A stretch of DNA of 64,000 nucleotides from positions 23,250,001 through 23,314,000 of the forward strand of contig CM114271.1 in NCBI GenBank assembly GCA_050084515.1. The letters run 5' to 3'. The notes under the pieces are model-generated. The model did not search any database and had not been told where the DNA came from. It worked only from the letters and a program-made list of their open reading frames with translations. Of this stretch, positions 26,261-39,944 are shown piece after piece (positions within the stretch are counted from its first letter, which is position 1; every line of letters begins with the position of its first letter). The DNA comes from Blasia pusilla. Lineage: Eukaryota. The position numbers and the translations under genes are program-made.

Positions 26261-28389
26261 GACCATCTCTCATCTTGATTTCTTATTGAAACTGACCTTG
26301 AGGAGAGTGGGTTTAGTTTAGAGATCGGCCCTCCAAACGCATCTTCGAATTCGGACCCACATTTCATATGTCTCATGACTAGCTCCCAACTTAACCTCCC
26401 ATTTGGCATCTCATGATTATTTTGTTGTCCTTTACGGTTCATAACTAGTCTCGTGGCGTCTCGCCCATCTTGACTACTCACGTGTTCCTTGACTCGACGT
26501 TTGATTCTAAGATTAAACCTGACTTGCCTTGGCGTTGTTCCGACGAGTAACTACATCCCTTTCTCGCCAAAGGCTGGTCACAAGACACACGCACATCTCG
26601 TCTATTGTTTGTCTTATGACTAGCTAATCTAGATAATAACTATGGTGGATCATGCTAAAATCTTTCCTCCTTGATCTACCATCATGATATGTAAGGGCTC
26701 TACCCTAATGCCCATCAAAAGAATTAATTTGGTCAACAAGTAACTCCAAGCCTATCCAAACCTAACCATTATCCATACCTACTTCTTCCCAATTCTCTGA
26801 ATCTTGGACATTATTAACCTCTCGATAGAACAAACAAGATATAGAATTCAACAAATGCGAGATGGCTATCAAGCGCCTCAAGCAATGGGTAATGAAGATA
26901 GAGCCAGCTTTGACACTCCTCATCTAACTTCTCACGTGTTAGGTCCTCACTAGAATAGACATCAAAGGCTTGGCTCAAAAACATGTTCTAGCCTTTCATG
27001 CAAAAACTAGAAGAGCTAACCTCTATACACACTAGGATACATCATGTTGTTATGGTGCCACAAAAGATTTTAGGGCCAAGCATGCACAATTACTATTTCG
27101 GGCGATAACTTTTTAAAGCCGAAGTTTTCATTAGACCCTCCAAAGTTTCTTCAGATGCAAATGGTTCATGGATTCCACGGAGAGTAAGAGCCACTACCGC
27201 CCGCCCCATAATTACTTCCCCAAGAATTAATTTCATTTTCCAGGGTATTTCTGCCCCCTCCTGTCTTTATTACACAAAGGCAATAAAGGCTGTCCGTCAC
27301 CCAGCGTCGTGGCAGAGGCGGAACTGCGAATATTTTACAACCACCCCACGTGCTGTACCACAGCCACATTCTTTCCGCTTCTGTGAGTGAGAGGCTTGCC
27401 ATGTGACGCCCACAACGTACACACAAGTATGATCGATCGCGCTGTTGGGTTTCTCGATGAACTATTTTGTCGGTTGCAGTCCCACGGAGCAAAATTCATT
27501 TGCCAACTCTTGGCCAGACCATTCTGAACGAATCCGAAGGCTTAACTGAAACGGATTCTCATCCGCCAGATGGGCTGGGAGTCTCGAACGAGGTTTCTAC
27601 CTTTCCTCACTCTCAACGTCATGGTCTTTCGAAACCATATTTCCTTGCCACACAAATGCAGCTCTGCAGCAACCAGACAGAAATTAGCAACCATTTCATT
27701 CAATCGGGTGGCCACCACTGTCGGTTCTCATCGCTTACCACTCACGTCATTTTCGGGAGCATCTTTTACGCATCTCCCTCCTTGTGCGAGTCCAGTTTCC
27801 AAGGCTTGTGAGCCAGTAGTTCGTAGATCGCGAGAATTACATCAGCGCATGACCTCAGCTTACCTTCAAAGAAATTCTTGTGACTTTCGTCTGCGCTACC
27901 TACTACTCTCAGAGCTATCCTACCCTGATATCCATAATCTACATCACAATGTTCTTAGGGTAGGGTGGGTACGTGAAATTAAGTCGTTGAAGAAAAAATT
28001 GGCTCCATGTGGATCTGTTTTTATCGCCAGCGTTGAAACAAGTTCCTGGCGACTTGAAATATGAGTTGGGGCCAGGATCTGAGCTACGAAGACTTCTCCA
28101 TCTCAAGCTCTAAAACTTAACCATTTCTCTTCACTCCTTGAGAAGACGGGACAGGCCTACCGAAGCCCAACCAGGAGAAAGGAACGTAGACCTCAAAAAG
28201 AACACAGGCAGAGGTTGATCGATTCAAACATTGGATGGTTCTACGGGGCTTTTGCAAATTTCTGATTGCTTCAATCAACATCGCATGGCATCATCAGAAG
28301 CGAAGTACAATACACGCGTGACAGATACCTCGTAAGCCTTCTGCCTCCACTCTCATTCAACGGCCAAGGAAAGTAGTGGAACAAGCGAA

Positions 28390-30716
28390 TTAATCGGGGT
28401 AGCCTCTCTCCTCCAGGGCCTTCTCGAAACGCCTGCACGCATCGATGCGAACTTCCGTGCTGGTGTCGTACTCCGGCGCAGGATAATAATCCCAACGCAG
28501 CTGAAAATCGCGCAAGCTAGGGCAGCTTTGGATCATGGACAGGAAATGCTCATGGGCGGAGCCGTGCACTATGAGTTTGCGCAGATGGGCGCATTGAGAT
28601 AGGAACCCAGCTGCCGGAAGCGAGAGCGAGCGGTGATTCAAATCCTGATCACAAGGGGGTCTGTAGTCCAGCTGCCGCAGCTGCAAGCGATCGATCCCGC
28701 TGAGGTAGTGGCGCTCCCAAATGCTGAGATCTACCTGACCCTCGGGCGCACTCATGGAGAAGCTTACCACCTCGCTCAGATCCAGGTTTAGCGTCACCAA
28801 GCTCGAGTACCTGGACAGACACGCCAGTCCCCACTCCTGGGCAGAGGGCCTCCGTAGCCCTTTGCAATCACCCTCGACCTTGATGGTCACCTCGCTCAGC
28901 GCCGGGCATCGCCCGAGACCCATGTTGGGAAGAGGAGCGATCGCCAAGCCTACTCCCATCCATATCGACAGAGCTCGCAGACTGTTCCAGCATCTGTCAT
29001 CCGGAGGTTCTTCACCAGACGAAGCCTTGAGCCGACTCCGAGGTAATCCTTCACTGATGCTCTGCGGCACCTGGGCCTGACTAGTGGAAGGCCGTCCCTT
29101 CCTCTCCAGGGCCGCAACTTCGGTTTCGACGGTCGTACTCCGGCGCCCAGTATCCCAAAAAAAATTGGCCGTGAAACCTCGTTTCTCCATTTCGCTTCGG
29201 AGGACGTCATCGTTTGTGGCTCTATGTGGGGTCGACGAATAAACTGGCGAGGATGAAATAAGTGCCTGCCGGTCGACGACTTCGACGTCCCATGTGCCAT
29301 CCATATGGAGGTACTGAATTGAGTTGCGGATGGGCTCCAAAGCTCGCAAGGTTTCGACCGCAGGCAACTGGCTACAGAAACTGATCTCCACGTTAATGAG
29401 AGTATCAGCGAGCATACTAACGCAGTTTTTCAAACCCTGTTCGGTAATGCCCTTGCAGCCTTTGAGACTCAGCTTCTTCAACATCTTGCATGCTCTCCCG
29501 ATAGCTTCCAAGGCTGAGTCGGAGAGATCTGCACTATTCTTGATGGAAAGCTCTGCCAGCCCATTGCCCGCGGCCAATCCGCCTTCCTCAAGACCGAAGC
29601 ACACTCCATGAAAGTTACTGAGTTGAAGCGATGCCAGTTTCCGACAATGTGACAAGAGTGATTCCAGCGCCGGCCCGGCGTCCCGCACATTCTGCCCGAG
29701 GAGGAGAGCTAGGTCTTCCAGATTGGGTAGCAATCTGAACATTCCTATAAGACCGTCGGGGGTGACATTGGCGTCCACCGACGCAAAGTCATCATCCAAA
29801 TCACTTCTTACCATTCCCCATTCGTTGTTGTCCACGAGGTGAAGTCTCCGCAAGCGCGGACAGTTTGAGGCGATGGAAATAAGGGCCTTGTCCCCCAATG
29901 AATCGAGAAACCTGGGGTCGAATTCGCAGAGCAGAAACAACTCCTCCAAATTCATACACGCAGCGGTGATGGCAATAATTTCTTGCGTCTTGAAACCCTC
30001 CGGAGATATTTTCAAAAGATCCAAATACAGAAGATTCTCAGCGGTAGGACTGCTCTTGCCCAAAGCTGGAAGGATGTCCTCCGTCCAGCAATAAAATTTC
30101 GAGAGATCGAGTTTGCGGAGCTTCTTACACTTCAGAATGCATTGCAATTCCGACCCAATCTGCTCCACGCCACATTCAGGCTCCATAGGACGCTGATGCC
30201 ATCTCACAAGCCTCAAAGTTTCGATGTCCGGCCAAAGCCAAACTACCATCTCAATATCCACTGCGTCTCTCACATAAATCGCCGCATCTTTCACCTTTGG
30301 AAAGCATTTCTTCAGAAATTGGCCCACGACTTCTCCCCCCGTAGAAGCGGACTGGAACACCGAATAACCCCATGGTGAACAACAGGACAGATCGAGCTGC
30401 GTAATATTCCCAAAACTGGTTCCTAACTCTTGAAAATTCGCGACGTTACCCCGGAGGATGAGAGATCTGCGAGTTAACCTCTCTAGGCAGTACCAGTCCT
30501 TGCAAGAACGAGCCATGTTATTGCGCGTGCGAGGATCTAAAATTGCACCGAAAATGCAGGTCAACACTGCCCCGGAAGGTCAGATATATGGGTACGTCGA
30601 CCTCCTCCTCTGGCCATTTTCCCCATGGATGTAGTCAAACTTGCACCACCCGTTGACATCGAGGGCAACCCCATCGGCATTGCCTGCCTCGACTCCATCG
30701 AATTTCCTTCCCCCAT
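28390..30716 (-). CDS. MAX2: F-box/leucine-rich repeat protein MAX2/D3 (KAI2-ligand/strigolactone signalling SCF subunit), intronless, apparent 1-nt frameshift at ~30570
   Basis: ERLTR..L.LRGN, LDLS..SPWG, LVRWHQRP, FYCWTEDI, CEFDPRF, IKVEGDC, RSLSLPAAG..SQC..LRKL.VHGSAHEHF, LRD.QLR.DYYPAPE.D.STE.R.DAC.RFE. The F-box start THISDLP lies upstream in another frame, whose first ATG is at 30716. Confidence 0.95.
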
Positions 30717-32879
30717 CGCATCCGGAAAAACGCACAAGAGCTGAGCTGAGCTGCAAAGCTCACTACTCGCGCGTCAGGTCCCTTCACTTCGCATCATTTT
30801 GCTAGGCATGGGCGAACACACAAGCAACCTGCAACCCATCGATCAGGCGCCACACCGGGCGGTAATCCAAATTCATCCGCCTTCAATGGAAGACATGCAC
30901 CCGCGAACACCTCTCTTCTGTCTCGGATGGCTGTAGGTCATCTCTCCTGCAACGTTCACTGCTCAAGAAATATACTCTAAACAGACAGACCATCGCAAAA
31001 CACCTGGTGAACCTCTGCGGATAAACCGACACACTAGCGCCAGCACGGAACGCGAAAACCCGGAGAGTACCCTGTGCGTCGACACTACCCTTTGTTTCCT
31101 CCGCTCACACCAATGACGCCGTTTCTCTCTTCCCCTCCGCCCGATCTGAGCCACCTCGAAATCTCTCAAATCCACACACACGAGCAAAATCTACTGCCCG
31201 CCCCTCGCCGCATTATTTGTCCTGGAACTAATCGTGCTGGATACGGAATCCTCCCTTAGCGCCCCTCTCTCCTCCCTCGCTGCCATCCCGCATCCTTCTA
31301 TCCCACCCTCTCACTCTCTTAGCCCCCCGTCGGCTTCCAGACTCCTTCCCGACCGTCAGACCCGTCACCTCCAGAGCTACGGCCGTCCATCCACCAGCCG
31401 ATGGAAGAAGACTTCCGGTCACTTCGTCATCAACCTTCCCGGACAAAATCTCATGTACATTCATAATTTCATACAGTACGCGTACTGCACATACTAACAT
31501 CATGCACACGATCACGCCATCTAAGCGGTCTTATGTCCTTCTCTACACGTGGGAGCTGCCAAGTTGGTCGTATCGTCTGCTAGAGCGGGACGATCGAACT
31601 TCGATCACCGACGCTGGGCCGGGAATTCCCGATACCTATCAGATTTCCCGGATGCAACGAGTCGCCGATTTCTTCTCCATTTTGACCGGTTTCCTGAATA
31701 TTTAACGTCAGCACCCCTTTTCTCTCACCGACGAAATCTACAAATCTTCAGATCGGGTTAGAAATCCTAAAATTACCCCGGCTGGGTTTGTATATGGCCT
31801 TGGTAGTACGCGAACCCTTCGGGTGCCGGCCGTCTGGATCCTCGTATCACGTGAACACCTATCCAGTCAGTATGCCTGACTCATACAGTACATATTCCAG
31901 TGTCAGTGAATCTATGCGAGGTGACCATTTGGTCGGTTATGACTCAGTAATAGTCGGTATGCCAGGGACGCCGAGTTCTACATTTCTTTTCTCCATCGTA
32001 GATCGAATATAAAACTTAAATAGAAAATAGGATGGGAAACCCATCAGGATACAAACGAGGGGGTATAGAGAGAAAAAAACCCCAAGGGCCAAAACCGGCC
32101 CGTAGAAAAATGATACGATGAGTAGGTACGGTAGGGTAGCTCTGGACTCTTGTGTTCCGTTGCTCGGTCTGGGAGACTAGGACTTTCTCTGCTCCGTTCC
32201 TCCACCTAGGGTTTTTTTTTCGTGCGGAGTCTTTCCGGACTCCAGATTACATGTTAATAAATTCTCCATTAATGGAGAGATGGCTGTACGGGTGCCCGTA
32301 GTATTTACATAGTTTGTAATTCATATGTTGCTAGTTTGAATTCTATATAAAGCATGGAATAGACGTTAAATATTTTTTTTCATTTCTTTCAATTTCTCTT
32401 TTTAAAATTTCTACTGTTATGATCATGTTCGTATCTTTTACCCATTGGAATTTCTACTATGATTGGAGAAGTGATTTTTGAGTATTTTCATCCCATGTGG
32501 GCGGAAACATGGTGCCATGTGGTAAAAATGGAGGAAAAAATTTAATAGTGATTTTCAAATTCAAGCATTGATTAATTTAGAAATTTAATATGATTTGATA
32601 TAAACTCAAATTTTAAAAATTTTACTTTATAATGTTTAAAATTAAAATTTTAAACATGAATCATCATGAAATAAGATTGCGTTCAAACTTTCAAGGACCA
32701 CTCTGCTAACACTTGCGGAGTTGATTGCTGGCATTAGTAATGAAACACTACCCACTTTGGCATTTTGAAGACGGGTACTTTTGGAGTGGTTTTTTCTTAA
32801 TCCTATTTCGTATGACTAAGCAAATCAAGGATTATTGATGGCTAAGCACGATTAACAAATTATTCAATATTCAAATAAT

Positions 32880-33153
32880 CAAGGTTGCATGTGGACAAAG
32901 TCCATGTCCGTGGACTTACATCCGTCCTACAGAAGGACTCATCCATATCGGCCTCGCCTCCCCCTTCTTTCTCATCCCCCTCCCCACTTGCCTACGTGTT
33001 CTACACTTTCCTATTTCTTCCTCCCTCCACATCTACTCCCTCCCCCCTTATTGACCTACCCATCCTTGCCCCATCTTCCACCGTGAATTATAAATATGGG
33101 CCCCACCTCTTACAATCCATGTCCATGGACAAGTCCGTTTCTATGCAACTATG
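32880..33153 (+). mobile_element. hAT-type MITE
   Basis: CAAGGTTGCAT...ATGCAACTATG TIRs; 8-bp TSD CAAATAAT/CAAATAAC. Confidence 0.85.
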
Positions 33154-33213
33154 CAAATAACCCTACCCATTCAAAGACAATACTTAACTGGCGCAACCTA
33201 AGGAGGAGACAAA

Positions 33214-33628
33214 TGTGACAAAACACAATGTGAAAAAATCACTAAGATACAAAGTGGCCTTGGCCATCTGTGCGCTTACAGAAGAGCTTCGATGGAACCT
33301 GAATATGGGTATAATTCGACATACGAGAATACGCTACCATTGCAACTCCTGACTATTTCACTACTCGGGAAACTAGGGTTTTTTACCTATTTTTCTTCAT
33401 TTCTATTAATACAAAAATTTTGCATCATGGTGCCCGCACCTTGATGCAATATAGGATTACATAATCTTAGTAACGCTACTCCATACATCACCCACGTCAT
33501 ATTACTATGACTCCTTCGACGTCTAAGTTGGAACCATCAATCTAGGCTTCTCCTCATATAAAGGGGCTGATCATATTAATGGTGCTGAGAGAAGTGGATA
33601 TTGAGAATCCAACAATCCCCCCCCCCCG
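33214..33628 (-). mobile_element. 3' LTR and PPT of the copia-type family seen as a solo LTR at 6804-7211
   Basis: Reverse-complement homology to 6804-7211; G-run PPT (33615-33628 on the minus strand) abuts TGTTGG. Confidence 0.85.
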
Positions 33629-34462
33629 TTCGATGCATCCATTACCATTATGTGTAACATGATGAGGAAAGCCTAAGGTGAGAAACTTCATTGCATGAAA
33701 ATTCTCTTTTTAGACTTTCTCTTCCATCAAATCCAATAGTTATACATGATTCAAGAAAGGTATTGAGGGTTAAAGCACAAAGAATAAAATATGTTATTCA
33801 TCTAAAAAAATTGGCATATCAAAAAGAGAGAAAGAGGATTTTCCAAAGGAGCATGAAAATAAAATTTGAAGGCATGCACTTCATCAAGAGTTGGCTTGTG
33901 CTCTTATTGTAGAATGAATTGAAGATGATATACATATTGTCCCATTGAACTCTCAAATTTAATATGGAGTAAGATATTCAAAATTAGATTATATGACAAT
34001 CTTCCTTTCCTTTTCTATTGGTTATATGGAGAATTTTTTCAATAAAGCCTACAAATTTTATCCCTTTAGGTCTCTACATGAGGATAATACCATGGATGTT
34101 TCTACTCATGACATACCTATTTGTGCACATCCCTCAATCAAGGAAATAGATTTTCAAGGGAATTGGCTTGAGGTTCCTAACATGACAATTCTTGACAGGG
34201 AGGTGTATATCTTTGGAGATCAAGAACATGAAGTTCTCAAGAATACTCCCATACATGAAGCTATTAAGATACCCACTTTTGTGAACATACCTTCTACACT
34301 TTGTGGAGTTTACAACTGAAGAGAAAGTGGAGTTATGCCTCCAATTTTGACAAATTTTCACCTATTAGCTAGTAGGGAGAGGATTTTGAAAATGTATAAA
34401 TTTCTTAATCTTGCACAGACTCGAAACTTCCAATCAATGTAAGAAAACTTAGGATACCATCA

Positions 34463-34800
34463 ATGGTAAGTCGATCAACAGGTCATCTTGCTATCGGAAA
34501 TATAAATGGGATATGTCTTTCATGTCATACTCTCCATTGGAAATATGAGAAGGTAAGGGCTAAAAGGTTTTGCAACTCAACTTTAGGGATGTGTTGTGAA
34601 CATGGAAAAATTCAACTTCCGTTCTTCAAAAAGACTCCTCCATTCCTAAAATCATTCATTTCACGTATTAGTGAGCAAATTATTTACTTTCTTATCCCTA
34701 CTCAAGCTTATAATTTTGCATTATAATTAGCTTCTACAAGGCCTCATAGACCAAATTGATGATATTGGGCACTTTAGGGTTCAATGTGGGATCAACCATC
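34463..34800 (+). pseudogene. Helitron Rep/Helicase N-terminal remnant
   Basis: C..C..LHW..E......CC.HGKIQLP....PP.L...YN.AL motif typical of Helitron RepHel. Confidence 0.75.
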
Positions 34801-35059
34801 TATATAATTAAAAGAGGATGGGGTTAGAGAAAACCTTTCGTGATGTTGACACCTATCCTCCGAGGGTTCTTCTGGTGTTGAAAATTTTCAATTTAAGAGA
34901 GGGACTTAAGTTAAGAGGAGACAATTAAATTAAACTAGGAAAGGAAAGGAGGACCAGAGGTGCTAAATTGGATTTTTTTTAATTTGAAGATCACCGGTGC
35001 ATAGCACGCCCGTGCTACCTCTAGTTGCCCGTGCTAAACCCTCCATGAACTCTCTACCC

Positions 35060-37139
35060 TCATCCAACATGATGATGAGGGTAGAGAGTTCATGGAGGCT
35101 TACGCTAATCGCTAAAAAAATGTTGCAAAGGTGAGGTACAAGTTGTATGAGGATGAGTTCTTGGTTGCAATGTATGCTACTAGGCATTTAAGAGGTTACC
35201 TATTCGAAAATCACTTTACCATCATTATTGATCCAAAAATCTTACATAAAAGCTTGCTAGGTGGGCTCCGTTGTTGCAGGAGTATAATTTCCAAGTGGTA
35301 CATCAATCTAGGATGCTCAATAAGGATGCACATGGATTTAATGAGTTGAGTTGTAATTTATACATGAATCAACATGATAAAATTGGAGCTCGTTGGCATG
35401 GATAGAGTGATGAGAAGATGATTCTGATTGGTACGTATTAGCCTATTTGGGTTTGTTGGCTATAGAGAAGCCAAAGTGTTAAGACCTCAATGACGAGGTC
35501 CAATTGAGAGTCATTGGATGCAAAGGATAATGAGGAGGCCAAATATGGTGGAGATATCCATGATATTGGTTGCAAGCACAATGGATTCCAGAGAGTGGGA
35601 TCAGATCTTATAGTGAGCCAAATGGTTTCGGTGAGAGGGATCACATGTTTTGGGAGGATGGTAGAGTGCAAGTAGTCACTAGTGCTTCATCCTTCACAAA
35701 GAGCACGATTGGTACAACTTGCCCATGAGGAGTTGGGACACTTTAGAGTGAAGCGAACGTAAAACTTACTCCATATACAATAGCACTCGCGAGTCACGCA
35801 GACTAACGTCCAATAATTTGTTGCTAAATACATGGTGTGTGACCGAATCCAAACACAATTCAATGCTCCGACTCAATACTAGCATCAACTATCTATCAAG
35901 CACGTCTCAAAGTGAATAGAGTTGGTTGCATTGCTTGAAAAAGTGAGTGAGGAAGTAATGCATGGTCTAGATTGAGTCACTATGGTGCATCAGATGAGGT
36001 GTTGATGGACTAGGGTATATAGTTTTGCAAAAAGTTTTAGGCCTTATGTGATCATGTACTAATCAACCACTACAGTACTTTGTGAGATCATCATGAGGTA
36101 GATGGATTGACAAAGAGAGTTGTTTAGACATTGAAGAGGGATTTGCCCAAGTATGGCTTGTAGAGAGATTAGCTACGAGATTGGGATCTACAATTTTCGT
36201 GGTTAGTAATGGGATACTGAATCCACAAGCAAGCATCCTTCTCACCTTACTTGATGTCTTTATGGTTGAGAGCTTGATTTACCTATGGCAATTCATTGTG
36301 ATGTTGGTAGGTTTTGAACCTCGATGACCTTGATATATCGATGCAAGCATGCTCTCAAAGGGCTAAGTTGCTTTATTGCTAATTTGCAGCAATAGCCAAG
36401 TTCCACCACCCTTTTGCACATCAATCACATACTAGCATAGTGGTTGCATCTCAAGTAGATCCACACTATATGAAACGTAAGACTTGGGTCGATGGATTTT
36501 CCCAGATCTTCATAGAGAAGGTATTATATAGGTAGTCATAGATCTAGACTTAAGTTAGTGATATGGATGATAAGAAAATGACTAACGATGGGACTACATG
36601 AGCACACAACCTTTTTGCTCTTAGCGTCCTAGAGATGTGTGTCATGATAAGTAGGGAAAGATGATTTTTAGAAGTTAGAGGGACCTAAACATCAACTAAA
36701 AGGGTGATTGGAGATATTTTGGTAAATGATGGTCTAAGTATTCAGATGCTATGAGTGAGTATGATATCATGTGTGCATATGCTTGTAGTTAATAACAATA
36801 ATGTACTATATCGATGTTTGTGCACATAATAACTATGACGTTCTTTGAGGATCGATCAATGAGTATTTGTAGGGGCCTTTAAGAAGAGTGGAGGTCAACC
36901 TCAAGAAGTTAAAGATGACTTGTGGATGCCTTAGGTAACCTAAGAGAAGGTTCCCCCTTTGTTTTGGTTCATTTTGAGTTATATTTAGAAACTTACTAAT
37001 ACAAGTAAATTCCCATTAGAAGAATAGTTGACTTAAAATTTTGGGAAGTGGTCCTTGACTCCTACAACAAGTCAAGAGCCAATGAGATAACCGACAAGAA
37101 CAAGTTAAAGTGGAGAGAGCTTGGGAGAGGGAAGGGGTA

Positions 37140-37184
<45 letters not shown>

Positions 37185-37492
37185 TGGAGCTCATTCTTTT
37201 TTTTTTGAACCTCTTGGCATGAGTCAATTGAGCTATCGGCCTTCTTACCTTGTGAGTAACCCAAGCCTATCATTAGGAGAGTGGGTTTGGTTTAGAGAGT
37301 GAATTTGGTTTGACATGAAAGAGAGATGGAGATTGTGCAAGAGATTGGAGTACTTTTGATTTAAATGGAGATATTTTGGTATAAAATCGTCTCAGTCTTG
37401 ATCAGACATGAGTGAGTATAGTATCTTATGTGTATCTACTTGTAGTTAGTGACAACGATATATGTTGTATAGTGATGTGTGTGTATATGACA
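35060..37492 (+). mobile_element. Old decayed 3' half of the DNMT-gypsy family: RNase H, integrase and B-A-B tail
   Basis: Nucleotide homology to copy 2 from 52328 onward; B 36707-36831, A 36834-~37363, B ~37364-37492 ending TATGACA. Confidence 0.85.
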
Positions 37493-38810
37493 CATGCCTT
37501 AACATCCAATATCGTCAAATCCCTTTGCTATAAGTAGGCTTAGTCTTCTTGATGAAACCTTTGGATTGTCGATCGATATCCTTCTCCCGCAATAGTCATA
37601 TATCTTGATATATCCCAATGTTGAAAATTTGGGAAGTTTTGAAATGTATATTTAGATCGTAGTCCATTAGTTGGCTAAGCCAATATCCTATCGATAACCA
37701 TGATAACTTCAGGTGCCAATTTCTACAGTGACTTCTTTGTAAGTTTTACTTGTGCAAATCCCTTTTTGTTATCTAGACAACTTTCTCAACGAAACCATTT
37801 GCCTCATGATGTTCTCGTGACCGTATAGGGTGGTTAATCAACATCTAATCATATAAGACTTTTACTCAACCACTTTCATGGTTGCATGGAAATGGACATG
37901 TCCGTCCATGGTACAAAGATGTTTAACAAGTCCTTCGCCCAAGTTTCTTGGTACCCTAGTGGCCCGTGTAGACTCAAGATACGGAAACGAGTGCATGCTT
38001 ATAATTTCTTGGGCCCGCACGTAGCTCGTACCGACGACCCTTAAATCTAAAATGTGTGATACTCAATCTCCAATCCTTCCCACTAAGATGTATACAATAT
38101 GACAACAAGTAGCGTGATACGGTACATCGTATGCTAATCTATCCTTTCATCAACCTAGGATAGTTATAACTCTTGACATCCCATACAAGTCTATGTGCCC
38201 TAATCCCATACATCATATGTGCTACTTGCATCCATACAAACCTAAATATTATGGAGGATACCCAATACCCGTAAATATCTCACATGCATGCAAATGCCTA
38301 GAATGGGTAACATTAATACCATATTGACATTGATCCTCAAAAACTTCAAACTCAACCCTAACTTAGTCATGAAGACAAACGCCTCCAATCAAAATGCCTC
38401 TCTCCCCAATGTTGAGTGTACTCATTCCTACGCGATGGAGTAGTACAATTACAACGGTATGGTGCATCAATAGTGGAACAAAATGACACGATATTTGATG
38501 ACATGATGCAACTAACAGTGGCATCCCCTCCTCTATCATAAAAAAATGCTTTGCATCTTATCATTAGTGCAACTCCATAATCGAGACAATGCAATGTTGC
38601 CATAAATAGCATGTTACGGGAATCGATGGTGGGTTAAGACTATGGACATCAAGGCACCATACTCGATTGATATCAAACGAAAAAAATTACTAGGATTAAC
38701 AAGAACATAATCAAAACTCAATCCCATCAGGTCATCAAACATGGCTAGATAGTACTTGTAGGCAATAAGTGCATAGAAGTCGCTTACAAGACGTCTGCAT
38801 TATTCTTGAT

Positions 38811-39113
38811 CATGGTTGCACACAAATTGACATTGACCAACAAGTGTTGATAAGTCCACAGACATGGATTGCAAGATGTGGAATCCACACTTATAGTTCA
38901 TGATGGAAGGCAGGGCAAGGGCAAGTGGGGAAATAAGGGAGGAGGGAGGGAGGGGAGGTGGAGGAAGGAAGAAACGGGAGAATATAGAACACGAAGGGAA
39001 GTGGGGGGAATGAGAAAGAAGGGAAGGGTGGGGTCCATATGGACAAGTCTTTCCATATAATGGACGGACACAGGCATGTCTGTGGACACAAAATTTATCC
39101 TCATGCAACCTTG
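38811..39113 (-). mobile_element. hAT-type MITE (second copy)
   Basis: CATGGTTGCA...TGCAACCTTG; 8-bp TSD TTCTTGAT/CTCTTGAT; homologous to 32880-33153. Confidence 0.85.
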
Positions 39114-39250
39114 CTCTTGATGATGCTAATAACATTCACTAACCACCAATAATTTTACATTGATGCTCAATATCTCAAGTGAATAACAAACATGATAATG
39201 TGTAAAATAGGTCTATCGATATGTGCGCCTCTATCTGTTTTCAATGTATA

Positions 39251-39944
39251 TTTTGTGCGTATACACATCGCTACACAACATATATTGTTGTCACTTATCA
39301 ACACACACAAATGCTAGCCTAATTCAATCATCTATCAAATATGATCATGGAGGCAAGTTGTCATCAAAATATCTCCAATATAATAGATGAAAAATCTCAA
39401 ACAACACAAAAAGAGCTCCATGGCTCTCATGCACATTGTCTTTTTCTCTCTTGTTAAACCAAACCCATTCTCATGGTGAGAGGATGGGGTTACTCACAAG
39501 GCAAGAAGCACCATAACTGCGCCGCCTCATACTCAAGAGGTTCAACAAGGAGAGTATGAGCTCTCCAAGCTCACTCTCCTTGAGATATACCTCTCTCCCC
39601 AAGTCCTCCTCACAATCTTCCTCAAAGTCTTTCCCAAAGTCCTCAATTCCGTCCTTTTCAAGGTCTTCTTCACAGTGCACCAAATTCACCAATTGACCTA
39701 AAACCTACAATAGTGGATCAAGAGCTACCTCCCGTAAATAGAAATTTAAAGCTCATATAATTGGGAAACTTACTTGAAATAGTAAATTACTCATATGACC
39801 TCCAAATAGATTTACACAAAGAGGAAACCTATTATAGTACGTTATCCTACTCCCTAGCAAGTCATCCATGACCTTTTGGACTCCGCCTCTAATCTCTACC
39901 AAAGCATCCCACAAAAACTTCGTTCCACTGTAAAAGACGTGACA
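39251..39944 (-). mobile_element. Solo A+B terminal unit of the DNMT-gypsy family
   Basis: The minus strand starts TGTCACGTCTTTTA (39944) and ends in the B segment (ATTGGAGATATTTTG...GTAGCGATGTGTATACGCAC). Confidence 0.85.
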
